Source: a virus (Duplodnaviria; Caudoviricetes). From it: DNA of 30,597 nt. Shown piece after piece: positions 18,316-27,068 of the stretch. The notes beneath the pieces were generated by a model. That model searched no databases, was not told where the DNA came from, and saw only the letters and a list, made by a program, of their open reading frames with translations. The position numbers were made by a program, and so were the translations under genes. Within the stretch, counting starts at the first letter, position 1. Each line of letters begins with the position of its first letter. The DNA lies in the IMG/VR virus record IMGVR_UViG_3300020471_000032, positions 1 to 30,597 of that record. One strand, 5' to 3'.

Positions 18316-20780
18316 TATCCACCTATAGCCACTTCTAATGTTAATCCAACAATTGTTAATGGTAATGGATCAGATTGTCGTACAAATAACTGTCCATTGT
18401 CTTGCCATGTAGGTGTCAACATTATTTTTATATCTTCTGTTTTTAAATTAGGTGGCGATCCATATGGTTCTGTTGTACGTTGTTTTGCTTCTACTAATTT
18501 ATCGGCACTAGGCCCTGCAAAAATACCAGAACTTTCTAATACTCTTATATATACATGATTTAAATTTTTAACACGGCCTTGACCAAACGCTTCTGCTTGC
18601 AATGCTAATGGTAATGATTGTAAATCGCTGTCATAAGGTAAACCAACATGAACAACGCTAGATGCTTGATCTAAGGTAATAGAACCGCTAGATACTACTT
18701 TTTGTGGATGCACAGCACCGTCAGCCAATATGCTTACTGTTTTTCCTTCAAGCCATGTAATACCTGATATAACATTTCGTGCAACTTCATATGTTGTTAT
18801 TGCTGTGTTACGCAAAGATGCAGGTAAAGATTTATCTAATTTTACTGTTGCTACAGTTTGACTTGATGTAGAAACAATATTGCACCTATAAAGAGTTGCG
18901 CCATCAACTAAAACAATGGCATCACCTATGTCAGCAGTACTAGGAGGTGCATTAAATAAATTGTAATTAGCAGTTATAGTAACGCTTTCTCCTCTTGTAT
19001 AATTTGTACCGCCAGATATAGTTACGTTTTGTCCTGTGTTTGTATTAGTGCCGTTATATGTTGCACCTGCGTCAACAAAAAAACTATCACGTTGAGTTTC
19101 ATACAATCTTGTACCCATACGTTCTATATATTTTTTTGATGCACCATTTATAGTTCTTTTTATAACACAATAAACTACATCATCATTTCCTTCGGAAACA
19201 CTAGCTACGCTTTCAAACGTGCCATCTGTATCATGTTGATGCCATGCTCCTACTTGTTGTTCTGGCACATATGTAAATCCTAATAATTTACCGTTACTAC
19301 TTGTCATCCAAACAATAGGCAGTGGTGCTTTAGCTAATGCCATATCTACAATTGTCAAATTATCAAACAAATGTGGCGCACGAAGAGATAAATCACCTGT
19401 AATAAATCCATTAGCTTGCCAGTTATAACCAAGTTCTCTAACGTGGCCACCACGAGCAGCAGCATATACCATACTGTTATTTACAATAACTGGTTGTGCA
19501 TTATTAGCACCAACATAAGATTGTGGTTTTACTGATATAGAACTAGGTGTTATAGCGTCACTATTTACAGATGCTATGCGCCACTCTGCTGACCCTGTAA
19601 GCAATAGTAATTGTGTTAATGGAACAATGTGTCGTATTGTGTTTGCTTCACGAGCAGCAACCCTAAACTTAATACGGTCATCATCTCTAATAGGAATACC
19701 AAAAGACATATTACTTTCTGTTCCTGATTTAGTCATATAAATAGTTTGCGGATCATTATTTGTACCTGCAAAAACTCTACGTTGTTCAAAATAAGATACA
19801 GCACCCGGAAAATTATTAGAACTTGGAAAGGGATTGTCATAGACAGGAGGAGTTCTAGAAAAATCTGGTGCAATGTTTGCGTCAACAATTGATGTACTAG
19901 TTGTTTCTCCTAAAAATCCATATACACCTGCTTGTTCTTTATAAACTCTGTACCTTGCTGCACCAGCAACAGCATTCCATGTCACCGTATTTTTTGCACC
20001 AGTTACAAAAATATTATTATTTACAGATTGAGAACTTGATTGTGCGCTTTCATCTATAAGATTACTGCCAATGGCTGTAACTACATATTCATGTGCTTCG
20101 TAAGTGTCTGTATCTGTACTAGATGATGACGGTATATAAGCAACAACAGATGCAATAGTTGGTGATGCAATAGGGCTGCCAAAATTAATTTCTTTTAATT
20201 CCCATTGTGTTGCGCCAAGTCTTCTTAATTCTCTAGGTGCATGATTAGGATGCACAATTGTCATAACATCAGCAGATTGCACATAATGAATATTAAATAA
20301 TTCTGCTTCTAAATAAGGTGATGGTATTTCATATGTCATGTCAGCAGGTAAAGCATACCAATTTGTTGCATTTGGTGGCTGACTATTTGAGTGTATTGTT
20401 TTTGAATAATAATTTGTACCACTATATTTAGCAATTGATCCGACTATATAATTAGTACCGCTATTCCATGCTGCACCATCACTATAATTTAATGTTGCAC
20501 CTTGTGTATGAAATCTAAAATATTGATCACCCATTTCTATAACCATTGTTTGCACTGTAGAAAAAGTAAATGACATCAATCTTACTGCTTTTGTGCTGTC
20601 TTTTACTTCTTTTACAAATGCAAATCCGGGTCTGTTTTCCGCAGGGCCTTGTGGTTTAGCAATAAAATTACGCATTGTTGCAGCACCTTGTTGATATTTA
20701 GTGTCATCAATACGGCCAAACATTTCTGGTGATATCTCACCTCCAGAAAATGCTTGTTTAAAATTGCGTGTTACAGGCAT
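18315..20780 (-). CDS. Tail tubular protein B / nozzle
   Basis: FSGGEISPEMFGRID..NFIAKPQGPAENRPG..YVQSADV..FEQRRVFAG..AWHQH..PLPLTI; 821 aa. Confidence 0.92.
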   Translation of the reverse strand: MPVTRNFKQAFSGGEISPEMFGRIDDTKYQQGAATMRNFIAKPQGPAENRPGFAFVKEVKDSTKAVRLMSFTFSTVQTMVIEMGDQYFRFHTQGATLNYSDGAAWNSGTNYIVGSIAKYSGTNYYSKTIHSNSQPPNATNWYALPADMTYEIPSPYLEAELFNIHYVQSADVMTIVHPNHAPRELRRLGATQWELKEINFGSPIASPTIASVVAYIPSSSSTDTDTYEAHEYVVTAIGSNLIDESAQSSSQSVNNNIFVTGAKNTVTWNAVAGAARYRVYKEQAGVYGFLGETTSTSIVDANIAPDFSRTPPVYDNPFPSSNNFPGAVSYFEQRRVFAGTNNDPQTIYMTKSGTESNMSFGIPIRDDDRIKFRVAAREANTIRHIVPLTQLLLLTGSAEWRIASVNSDAITPSSISVKPQSYVGANNAQPVIVNNSMVYAAARGGHVRELGYNWQANGFITGDLSLRAPHLFDNLTIVDMALAKAPLPIVWMTSSNGKLLGFTYVPEQQVGAWHQHDTDGTFESVASVSEGNDDVVYCVIKRTINGASKKYIERMGTRLYETQRDSFFVDAGATYNGTNTNTGQNVTISGGTNYTRGESVTITANYNLFNAPPSTADIGDAIVLVDGATLYRCNIVSTSSQTVATVKLDKSLPASLRNTAITTYEVARNVISGITWLEGKTVSILADGAVHPQKVVSSGSITLDQASSVVHVGLPYDSDLQSLPLALQAEAFGQGRVKNLNHVYIRVLESSGIFAGPSADKLVEAKQRTTEPYGSPPNLKTEDIKIMLTPTWQDNGQLFVRQSDPLPLTIVGLTLEVAIGG

Positions 20781-20783
20781 AAA

Positions 20784-21452
20784 TTATCTCCCGGATGTCC
20801 AAGGTACTATATGTTCTACAGTTATATCTCTGTGTAAATTGTCTGATTGTTTTGCTTGCGTTAAATATCCTTGCATCATTTGTGTACTACGTTTTGCTTC
20901 AGCCATTCCTTGGTCACCTTTAATAATAGGCCCTGCCAACATTGATGCTAAATGCCATGACAATGTAGTTATAAATAACGGAGAAAATGTAGAAGGGTCA
21001 GTTACATATGCTTGATATCTCAACATTGCATTTTCTTGGTTTGTATAAATATATGTTCCTTCTACTGCAAATTGTTGTGGTGTATATTGCCCTGCCACAA
21101 TTGTAGGTGCATAATTACTTGTTATTCCTCCCGGAGTATCACCAGCTGACATTCTTGTAGCGTAATCGTTTTGTGCCGTAGGAGATATAACTGCAACAGG
21201 ATTCATCATATCCGCAGGTGCTATATATGCATAATCCCATTGATCTAGTTCATTTGTAGTTAATGCTAAATTTTCACGTTTTGCTGCAAAATTCCATGTG
21301 TGCATTTCTAGCAAATTGTTTCTTGCTATTGGATAAAAACGTTGAGCTTTTTCTGCTTGTGCAGATCCTTCTGGTGGATTAAGCGAAGCTATTGTTGCAT
21401 CATCACCCAAGTGAGCTAGGGCAAGGTTGCAAATATCTACTTCAGTTGCCAT
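20784..21452 (-). CDS. Tail tubular protein A / adaptor
   Basis: EVDICNLALAHLG..LLEMHTWNFA..YIAPAD..FSPLF..LASMLAGPI; AGGAG RBS. Confidence 0.88.
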   Translation of the reverse strand: MATEVDICNLALAHLGDDATIASLNPPEGSAQAEKAQRFYPIARNNLLEMHTWNFAAKRENLALTTNELDQWDYAYIAPADMMNPVAVISPTAQNDYATRMSAGDTPGGITSNYAPTIVAGQYTPQQFAVEGTYIYTNQENAMLRYQAYVTDPSTFSPLFITTLSWHLASMLAGPIIKGDQGMAEAKRSTQMMQGYLTQAKQSDNLHRDITVEHIVPWTSGR

Positions 21453-21462
21453 AACATCTCCT

Positions 21463-21500
21463 AAAAAAAGAGGAGGTTAGCAGTATTACTACTAGCCCCC
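21463..21500 (-). terminator. Intrinsic terminator after the capsid module
   Basis: Minus strand GGGGGCTAGTAG-TAATA-CTGCTAACCTCC followed by TCTTTTTTT; imperfect GC-rich hairpin plus U-tract. Confidence 0.75.
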
Positions 21501-21525
21501 AGTAAGTAAATAAGATAATCGATGC

Positions 21526-21834
21526 CTACTTATTTGCTTCAACAAGTTGACTAATAAGAGTTTCTTTAGTTTGTCTTCTATCTAGTTCAATACCGATAGT
21601 ACGACCAAACACTTCGAGTTCTGCTTTAGTCATTGATTTATAATCAATTGATTGAGTAGTTGGCTGAACATCTTCTGACGGTACGGTTGTGTTTGACGCC
21701 ACAGGTAGGTCAGGTTCAATTCCTCCAACTAATTCAATATTACTATTAAACTCTCCGTTATATTCAAACTCTTCGTTAGCTTCTCGCATGGATTGACCAA
21801 CGAAACACTTGATTTTAGCTCTGTAAATAGGCAT
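21526..21834 (-). CDS. Hypothetical protein with C-terminal Rho_N/HeH-like helical motif
   Basis: KSMTKAELEVFGRTIGIELDRRQTKETLISQL; AAGGAG RBS. Confidence 0.75.
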   Translation of the reverse strand: MPIYRAKIKCFVGQSMREANEEFEYNGEFNSNIELVGGIEPDLPVASNTTVPSEDVQPTTQSIDYKSMTKAELEVFGRTIGIELDRRQTKETLISQLVEANK

Positions 21835-21846
21835 AGATTCTCCTTA

Positions 21847-22278
21847 TTAAGCTACAGTAAAGCCAGAAGTATAGTACTTTTGACCATCACCTATTGTTTC
21901 TACTATATCAGCAGTAACTTTACCTGCATTATAAGTACCTGCAACTGTGTATCTAGCACCAAGATATCTTTGGCCTTTGCCAGCAATATCTGGATTTAGA
22001 CGTACAACAATGTTTTTACCTAATGTAAGTGATGCTGTAGCAACTGCTGTACTACTACCAATAACGGTAGGTGTACCTAAGTTTGCACTTGCACTAGTAA
22101 TAACTTCAAAAGTTACACTTGTACCGTTAGCAAATGCTTCAGTTAATGCAAAGTTCATGTACAAAGCAGTACCTTCACCTACATCTCTAGCTGATCCTAA
22201 ATCAATAGTGTTAGTAGATACAGCAGTAGATGTAACCGCTTGATCTTCGCTAACTCTAAGCAATGAATCTGTAATCAT
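21847..22278 (-). CDS. Capsid cement/decoration protein (BPP-1 Bbp16-like)
   Basis: MITDSLL..SEDQAVT..STNTIDLG..GEG..RYLGARYTVAG..AGKVTA beta-rich pattern directly after the capsid gene; AAGGAG RBS. Confidence 0.8.
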   Translation of the reverse strand: MITDSLLRVSEDQAVTSTAVSTNTIDLGSARDVGEGTALYMNFALTEAFANGTSVTFEVITSASANLGTPTVIGSSTAVATASLTLGKNIVVRLNPDIAGKGQRYLGARYTVAGTYNAGKVTADIVETIGDGQKYYTSGFTVA

Positions 22279-22305
22279 TTTAAATCTCCTTTGTAAATAA
22301 TAAAA

Positions 22306-23325
22306 TTAAACTACACGAGCTTCGTTGTTAATTAACGAATCTACTTGTCTGATTGGAGTACCTAAGAATGATAAGTAGCTTTTAGCTGTTCCAAACTGTG
22401 ATAAACCTTTTTGGATTTCAAGAACATTTTGTGACTTATCCATTGCTGCAATTGATAAACCAGAATGAACTGTTCTATTCATGTAGAACGCTGCTCTACC
22501 CATAGCCATGTTAGGTATTCTATAAGTTGCTCTTGCCATTAACTTAGTAAGGCCAGTTGCAGCAGTTGTTGATTGTGTGCCAGTAACACCAAGTAAATCA
22601 GAAATGTCGATGTTACAAATACGAACAACGTATCTCCAATCTTTAACAACTAAACCGTTTTTCCACTGATAACGAGTAGCAAAAGCCTGTAGTCTTGTAC
22701 CGTCACTGTTGTATACAGTTTGCTCGCCAAGATCTTCGTGAGTTAAACCTGCTTTAGATCCTTTAGGGAAAGGACAATATACAGTTTGATCACCCCAAAC
22801 TACTAGATATACAGAAGCATTATCAGAACCTGATCCACCTGCATCAAGAATGTTAACTGCGTTATCTGCTGATAAATCGCCATATCTTGGTGCTAAACCT
22901 AGAAACTTTTTAGGATCTGTTCCGGGATTACCATAGAACATAGTTTCAGCTTGAGTTTGGTTCATTGCTTCCAAGAACGCAGTATCTTCAGATAGACGGA
23001 ACTGTGCAGTGTTACCATTTAACATTGCTAAGTCTTTGTCTACTTCAGAACGTGCTTCAAGAATTGCACAGGCTTCATCAACTTGAGCAGTTGTTGACTT
23101 GCTGCCGGGAATACCTTGGTTTAATGCACGGAAATAAACTGAAGGTAAACCAGTTCTAATAATTACACGTTCACCAGTAGGTAAATTACCTTCCTTAAAC
23201 ACGCAATCATCTAATATTTCGTTGGTTTGAGATAGTAGCTCTGCAACGATTGGCACTCTACCGTCTGGGTCAGATCTTTTTGCCCAATCCGCTAGTGTTA
23301 AATTTGAGGTTGAGAGTGTAGCCAT
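22306..23325 (-). CDS. Major capsid protein (BPP-1 Bbp17 / epsilon15 gp7-like)
   Basis: LTLADWAKR.DPDG..ELLSQTNEILDD..RTGLP..SEVDKDLA..FLGLAPRY..KDWRYVVRICNID; AAGGAG RBS. Confidence 0.95.
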   Translation of the reverse strand: MATLSTSNLTLADWAKRSDPDGRVPIVAELLSQTNEILDDCVFKEGNLPTGERVIIRTGLPSVYFRALNQGIPGSKSTTAQVDEACAILEARSEVDKDLAMLNGNTAQFRLSEDTAFLEAMNQTQAETMFYGNPGTDPKKFLGLAPRYGDLSADNAVNILDAGGSGSDNASVYLVVWGDQTVYCPFPKGSKAGLTHEDLGEQTVYNSDGTRLQAFATRYQWKNGLVVKDWRYVVRICNIDISDLLGVTGTQSTTAATGLTKLMARATYRIPNMAMGRAAFYMNRTVHSGLSIAAMDKSQNVLEIQKGLSQFGTAKSYLSFLGTPIRQVDSLINNEARVV

Positions 23326-23336
23326 TTAATAACTCC

Positions 23337-24008
23337 TTACTTGTTTTGCTGATTTGAATATAGTGCGTTAGCTATGCTGTTGAAATCTTTAGGATCTGCC
23401 CCTTGAGACATAGCACCTTCTGAATTGCCAACATAACTGTCTTCACTAATTGCCGAACCTACTTTGAACATAAACCTGATTATCTCAGGATGGTTGCCAA
23501 AGCCTGTTTCATGTAGCAGCGACTTCAAAGTATCAGAACCAAAAGCATCTAAAGATTTTTTTGCAATTTCTAGATTTTCAGCTAAATTTTCACCGCCAAA
23601 TTCTTTGTCAGCCTGTGAATCGTTAGCCCAATCTGTCTTTACTTGCTCTAGTACCTTGGCTTGTTTTGCCTGTATAACAGGTGCAACTTTGTCTAATACT
23701 TTTTGTGCAGCATCTTGTGGCAGGTCAAGTTCTTTAGCGACTTCACCGAATGCAGTTACTACTTCGGGGTCGAGTTCAGAAGAATCGTCAGAAATTTTCG
23801 TATTAAACTCGTATGTTTCAGGCGCACCTTCTGGTGCTTCTGATTCGCTAGTTTCATTTTCAACAGCGGTTTCATCCGAAACTTGTTGTTCCTGTACACT
23901 TTCAGCTTGCTGCTGTGTGTCAGTAGTTGCTTCAGTTGATGCGTCTACTGGCTGCTGCGTATCGCCTTCATTGGTTTGGTTGGCTTCCGTCATCAGCGTT
24001 TCTGACAT
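23337..24008 (-). CDS. Capsid scaffolding protein
   Basis: Acidic disordered N-terminus; APETYEF..AKELDLPQDAAQK..DKEFGG..GFGNHPEIIRFM..ISED; directly upstream of the capsid gene. Confidence 0.85.
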   Translation of the reverse strand: MSETLMTEANQTNEGDTQQPVDASTEATTDTQQQAESVQEQQVSDETAVENETSESEAPEGAPETYEFNTKISDDSSELDPEVVTAFGEVAKELDLPQDAAQKVLDKVAPVIQAKQAKVLEQVKTDWANDSQADKEFGGENLAENLEIAKKSLDAFGSDTLKSLLHETGFGNHPEIIRFMFKVGSAISEDSYVGNSEGAMSQGADPKDFNSIANALYSNQQNK

Positions 24009-24312
24009 TTTTTTGCTCCTTAATCATTGTCGGATACAGTTCTGGGCAGAGAGTGTGGACTTGGTTAAGAAGTTTCAAACCATAGTTTCTGTTACCTTCG
24101 CTAAATGACATTGCCATTGCGTTAGTGTTGAACGATGATCGAAATACACCTGCCATTTCCAGAAGCCTCCAGATAAATCTGCGACCCCTCTTGCTGCTCA
24201 TAAGCCATTTTATATCCGCTTCCTCGGTCTGTCGGTCAACTTTTTCTTCAAACTTTTTATTGTCTTTAGATTTTTGTTGACTTTTAAGATCGAGTGGATT
24301 GTAATCGCTCAT
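23968..24312 (-). CDS. Bbp19-like phage protein
   Basis: DIKWLMSSKRGRRFIWRLLE..F..SF..EGNRNYGL motif between portal and scaffold. Confidence 0.8.
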   Translation of the reverse strand: MSDYNPLDLKSQQKSKDNKKFEEKVDRQTEEADIKWLMSSKRGRRFIWRLLEMAGVFRSSFNTNAMAMSFSEGNRNYGLKLLNQVHTLCPELYPTMIKEQKNVRNADDGSQPNQ

Positions 24313-24317
24313 GCTTA

Positions 24318-24351
24318 AATATATCTAGCTATAACTTGGTTACGGTCACAC
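24318..24351 (-). promoter_or_regulatory. Putative phage late promoter (copy upstream of the scaffold/capsid genes)
   Basis: GTGTGACCGTAA-N16-TATATT, ending 5 nt before the ATG at 24312. Confidence 0.72.
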
Positions 24352-24507
24352 CTATTTTTGATTAGGATACATTTTTTTTGCAGTTTTTGCTGCATTTTTA
24401 AAATCTTTGGCACTTGGTCTACCTTTTTCACCTTTTTTTTTCATACGCTCGCCAGAACCTGCTTTAATTCTTTTGCGTTTTGCGTGGATGTTTTCGTATA
24501 AGCTCAT
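24352..24507 (-). CDS. Small highly basic protein (51 aa); not in the ORF track
   Basis: MSLYENIHAKRKRIKAGSGERMKKKGEKGRPSAKDFKNAAKTAKKMYPNQK; fills the gap exactly; resembles small basic proteins recalled from marine phage head modules. Confidence 0.8.
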   Translation of the reverse strand: MSLYENIHAKRKRIKAGSGERMKKKGEKGRPSAKDFKNAAKTAKKMYPNQK

Positions 24508-24509
24508 AG

Positions 24510-24686
24510 TTATTCAAATAATGAGGGGTAAAGTTTCATAAGTTTTTCTTTTTCTTTTAAATGTTTTTCTTTGGCCATACCGCCTTCTTCCATAGCTTCT
24601 ATAATTGCTACTTTGTTTTTTATTTTTCTAGGAATAATTTCTTCCGCACCTTCAGTTGGTTTTACTCTAAATTTCCCAAATGGCAT
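24510..24686 (-). CDS. Small hypothetical protein (58 aa); not in the ORF track
   Basis: MPFGKFRVKPTEGAEEIIPRKIKNKVAIIEAMEEGGMAKEKHLKEKEKLMKLYPSLFE; AGGAGA RBS; 2-nt gaps to both neighbours. Confidence 0.75.
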   Translation of the reverse strand: MPFGKFRVKPTEGAEEIIPRKIKNKVAIIEAMEEGGMAKEKHLKEKEKLMKLYPSLFE

Positions 24687-24688
24687 AA

Positions 24689-25063
24689 TTAATCTCCTGT
24701 AAGATATGTGCCTGTAGTAGGTGTAGCGACAGGCTTTGCTTTTGGTGGTGCAATAGCCTTCTCACCATACAATCCATCTGCTTGATCACCACTTTTGTCA
24801 AATGGTTCTATACCCATTGCACATATTTGTAACTCTACATTCTGTTCTACGCCATCTTTTTCTTTACTTTCCCTAACAGTTTTTACATAAGCTATAGCTT
24901 TGATCATCATTTCGCTACCAGCTTCTGGTAATTTTTCTATACCTAACTTTTCTAACTCTTCTCTACCTAACGATATACACAAGCCATAACTATACATTGG
25001 CTCTTCGTACATTTCGTTGCTGTCTATCGGTTGTGGGTCTTTTTTTAGATCAATTAATTCCAT
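24689..25063 (-). CDS. epsilon15 gp10-like (capsid staple-like) protein
   Basis: YSYGLCISLGREELEKLG..LPEAG..AYVKTV..NVELQICAMG matches the recalled gp10 pattern YPWGLRITL..LG..LP.VG..VELQITDIG. Confidence 0.7.
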   Translation of the reverse strand: MELIDLKKDPQPIDSNEMYEEPMYSYGLCISLGREELEKLGIEKLPEAGSEMMIKAIAYVKTVRESKEKDGVEQNVELQICAMGIEPFDKSGDQADGLYGEKAIAPPKAKPVATPTTGTYLTGD

Positions 25064-26740
25064 TTATACCTCCAATGGTGATGGCGAGTTGTAACCACTA
25101 AATTGATTCATCATATCCATAGCATTACCTGACTCTACTTTACCAAGTTTTGCCATGTTTTCTACCGCTTGTTGTTGTTGTTCTGCCTGTGCTGCTGCCT
25201 GTTGCGCTGCTGCTCTTTCCTGACGTATTTTAGCTACTACCTGTCCGGGTACTATTAATGCCGGATCAATGCCTAGCATATCTGCATATCCATCTGCCCA
25301 TGCGTCAGAATCAAATTTATCAAGTACATCAGGTTTCATTTGTGCAATCATGCCCATTGTATTTGTATATCTATCAACACTATTAGTACCAATTGCACGT
25401 TGCGCTTGCGCCAACATAGACACAAACTCTACATTTAATTCCATGCCTTGTAATTCTTCTGGTGCAGGTGGTATTAAATTTGCTTCTATCATTCTGCTAA
25501 AAGTAATATCTATTAACGGATCTAATAATTCATTGTGTAATCTTTCTAAAACTGGCCCTAACATTAACAGTTTTTCTTCGTGACGTTCTGCTACTTCTGT
25601 TGCGGTCATGCGTGTATCAGTAGCATTTGCCAACATAAGGAACAAATCAGCATAAAAACTTCCATTTATGCGTTGCCTTACGTCTTGTATGTCCATTAAC
25701 AAGTGTTGTAAATTTAAATTTACGTTAAATGCTGTCTCAATTTTGCCCTGTTGACCATCAACATATGTAACCCCACCCGGTAAACTGTCTACATCACGGT
25801 TTTTCATGTAGCTAGGCACTTGTAATGGTGGTTTTGTCTGGTAGTCAATGCCTTGTGCTTTGCGTAATTGCTCATGTTGTAACTGTTTTATGTCACCTAA
25901 TGCTTCCATTCCCGGTGAATTACCATAAATATCGCCACCTGCTATGCCCCATCTAGGTACAACTACAGGAAAATCTTTGAACCCACTTTCTCTTAACACT
26001 TTATCGCCTTCACCACCTTGCTCAAAATAACAAGATTTGTATTTCATGTTCATATTGTCTTTCTTATTGTAATCACGCTCTCTATCATCTCTTGGTTCTA
26101 TAGCATGAATAATAGTTATCCATTGATCTAATGAACCTCTGTCGTGCAAATTTTTAACGGACGTTGAACAGTTGTTATATCCAAACTCTCTTACTGTTTC
26201 TCCTACTGTTTTTTGAAATTCTCTAAACAATGTATTTACTCTACCCTGATAATCTGTAGCTATTGCATACTCACCACACGTTACTGGGTAATGATGTATT
26301 GCATTTTTCATATCAGGTAAAATAATTGACCCTGCCGTTCCAAATGCTCCTAATTCTTCGTATATACCATGTAATGTTCTGTATGTATTAGATTTAGTAA
26401 ACACTAATTGCATACGTTCTGTAACATCGTTTAGCCACATCTTTACTGGTGGATATTTGTTTAATTCTGGGTCTACTGTACCTAATCTAAACCAAGGTCT
26501 TGCAGGAGATGTCGCACCTGCCATCATGCCAGCACCTAAAGTTCTTAATGCTCTTGTACCAGTATTGTCGTATATCGAATTGTGTCTTCTATGTCCTTTG
26601 TTTCTGTCTTGTACAAAATATCGTCCATTTCTTGGCAACAAATATGTTGTTACTTCTTGCCAATGTGACCACCAAGTAGCCCTTTCAGATCTGAGGTGAC
26701 CCCATCTCGTCAATAATTTACTTCTCTTGGTTTCGTACAT
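25064..26740 (-). CDS. Portal (head-to-tail connector) protein
   Basis: 558 aa; TSPARPWFRL..FGT..PRW..YGNSPGMEALGDIKQLQ..MTATEVAERHEEKL.MLGPVLERL. Confidence 0.95.
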   Translation of the reverse strand: MYETKRSKLLTRWGHLRSERATWWSHWQEVTTYLLPRNGRYFVQDRNKGHRRHNSIYDNTGTRALRTLGAGMMAGATSPARPWFRLGTVDPELNKYPPVKMWLNDVTERMQLVFTKSNTYRTLHGIYEELGAFGTAGSIILPDMKNAIHHYPVTCGEYAIATDYQGRVNTLFREFQKTVGETVREFGYNNCSTSVKNLHDRGSLDQWITIIHAIEPRDDRERDYNKKDNMNMKYKSCYFEQGGEGDKVLRESGFKDFPVVVPRWGIAGGDIYGNSPGMEALGDIKQLQHEQLRKAQGIDYQTKPPLQVPSYMKNRDVDSLPGGVTYVDGQQGKIETAFNVNLNLQHLLMDIQDVRQRINGSFYADLFLMLANATDTRMTATEVAERHEEKLLMLGPVLERLHNELLDPLIDITFSRMIEANLIPPAPEELQGMELNVEFVSMLAQAQRAIGTNSVDRYTNTMGMIAQMKPDVLDKFDSDAWADGYADMLGIDPALIVPGQVVAKIRQERAAAQQAAAQAEQQQQAVENMAKLGKVESGNAMDMMNQFSGYNSPSPLEV

Positions 26741-26743
26741 TGA

Positions 26744-27067
26744 TTAACCGCCTAATAAGGTGGATTTGCCTAAGTTTAATTTCTCTGGATCTATACCCAT
26801 ATTGCCAGTAAGCATAGTACCTGCTGCCCCACCTTTACCTGCTAGTACACTTTCGTCAGTAATAGCACCAACATCCGCTGTTTGTCTGTTTGCTTTGTTG
26901 TATTCCATGTCGGCACGATCTGCTTCTGCTTTAGCTGTCTTTCTAGCATCTTCATTTGCCTGTGATTGCAATGCTAATTGCTTTTTTTGTTGCTTTTTCT
27001 GTTGTTCACCTTGATAAATTGAATAACCAGTACTAGCAACTGCTGCTATAGCTGTTGTAATTGCCAT
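26744..27067 (-). CDS. Small virion protein upstream of the portal (107 aa)
   Basis: Start moved to MAITTAIAAV (ATG 27067, AAGGAG RBS); ends GTMLTG..LGKSTLLGG, typical of the gene preceding the portal in this phage type. Confidence 0.75.
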   Translation of the reverse strand: MAITTAIAAVASTGYSIYQGEQQKKQQKKQLALQSQANEDARKTAKAEADRADMEYNKANRQTADVGAITDESVLAGKGGAAGTMLTGNMGIDPEKLNLGKSTLLGG

Positions 27068-27068
27068 G

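Noticed and set aside
22279-22330. T7-like capsid frameshift or read-through
   Set aside because: No slippery heptamer seen; clean TAA, and the next gene has its own AAGGAG RBS.
23464-24108. 214-aa + strand ORF
   Set aside because: Ser/Cys-rich antisense mirror of the acidic scaffold gene.
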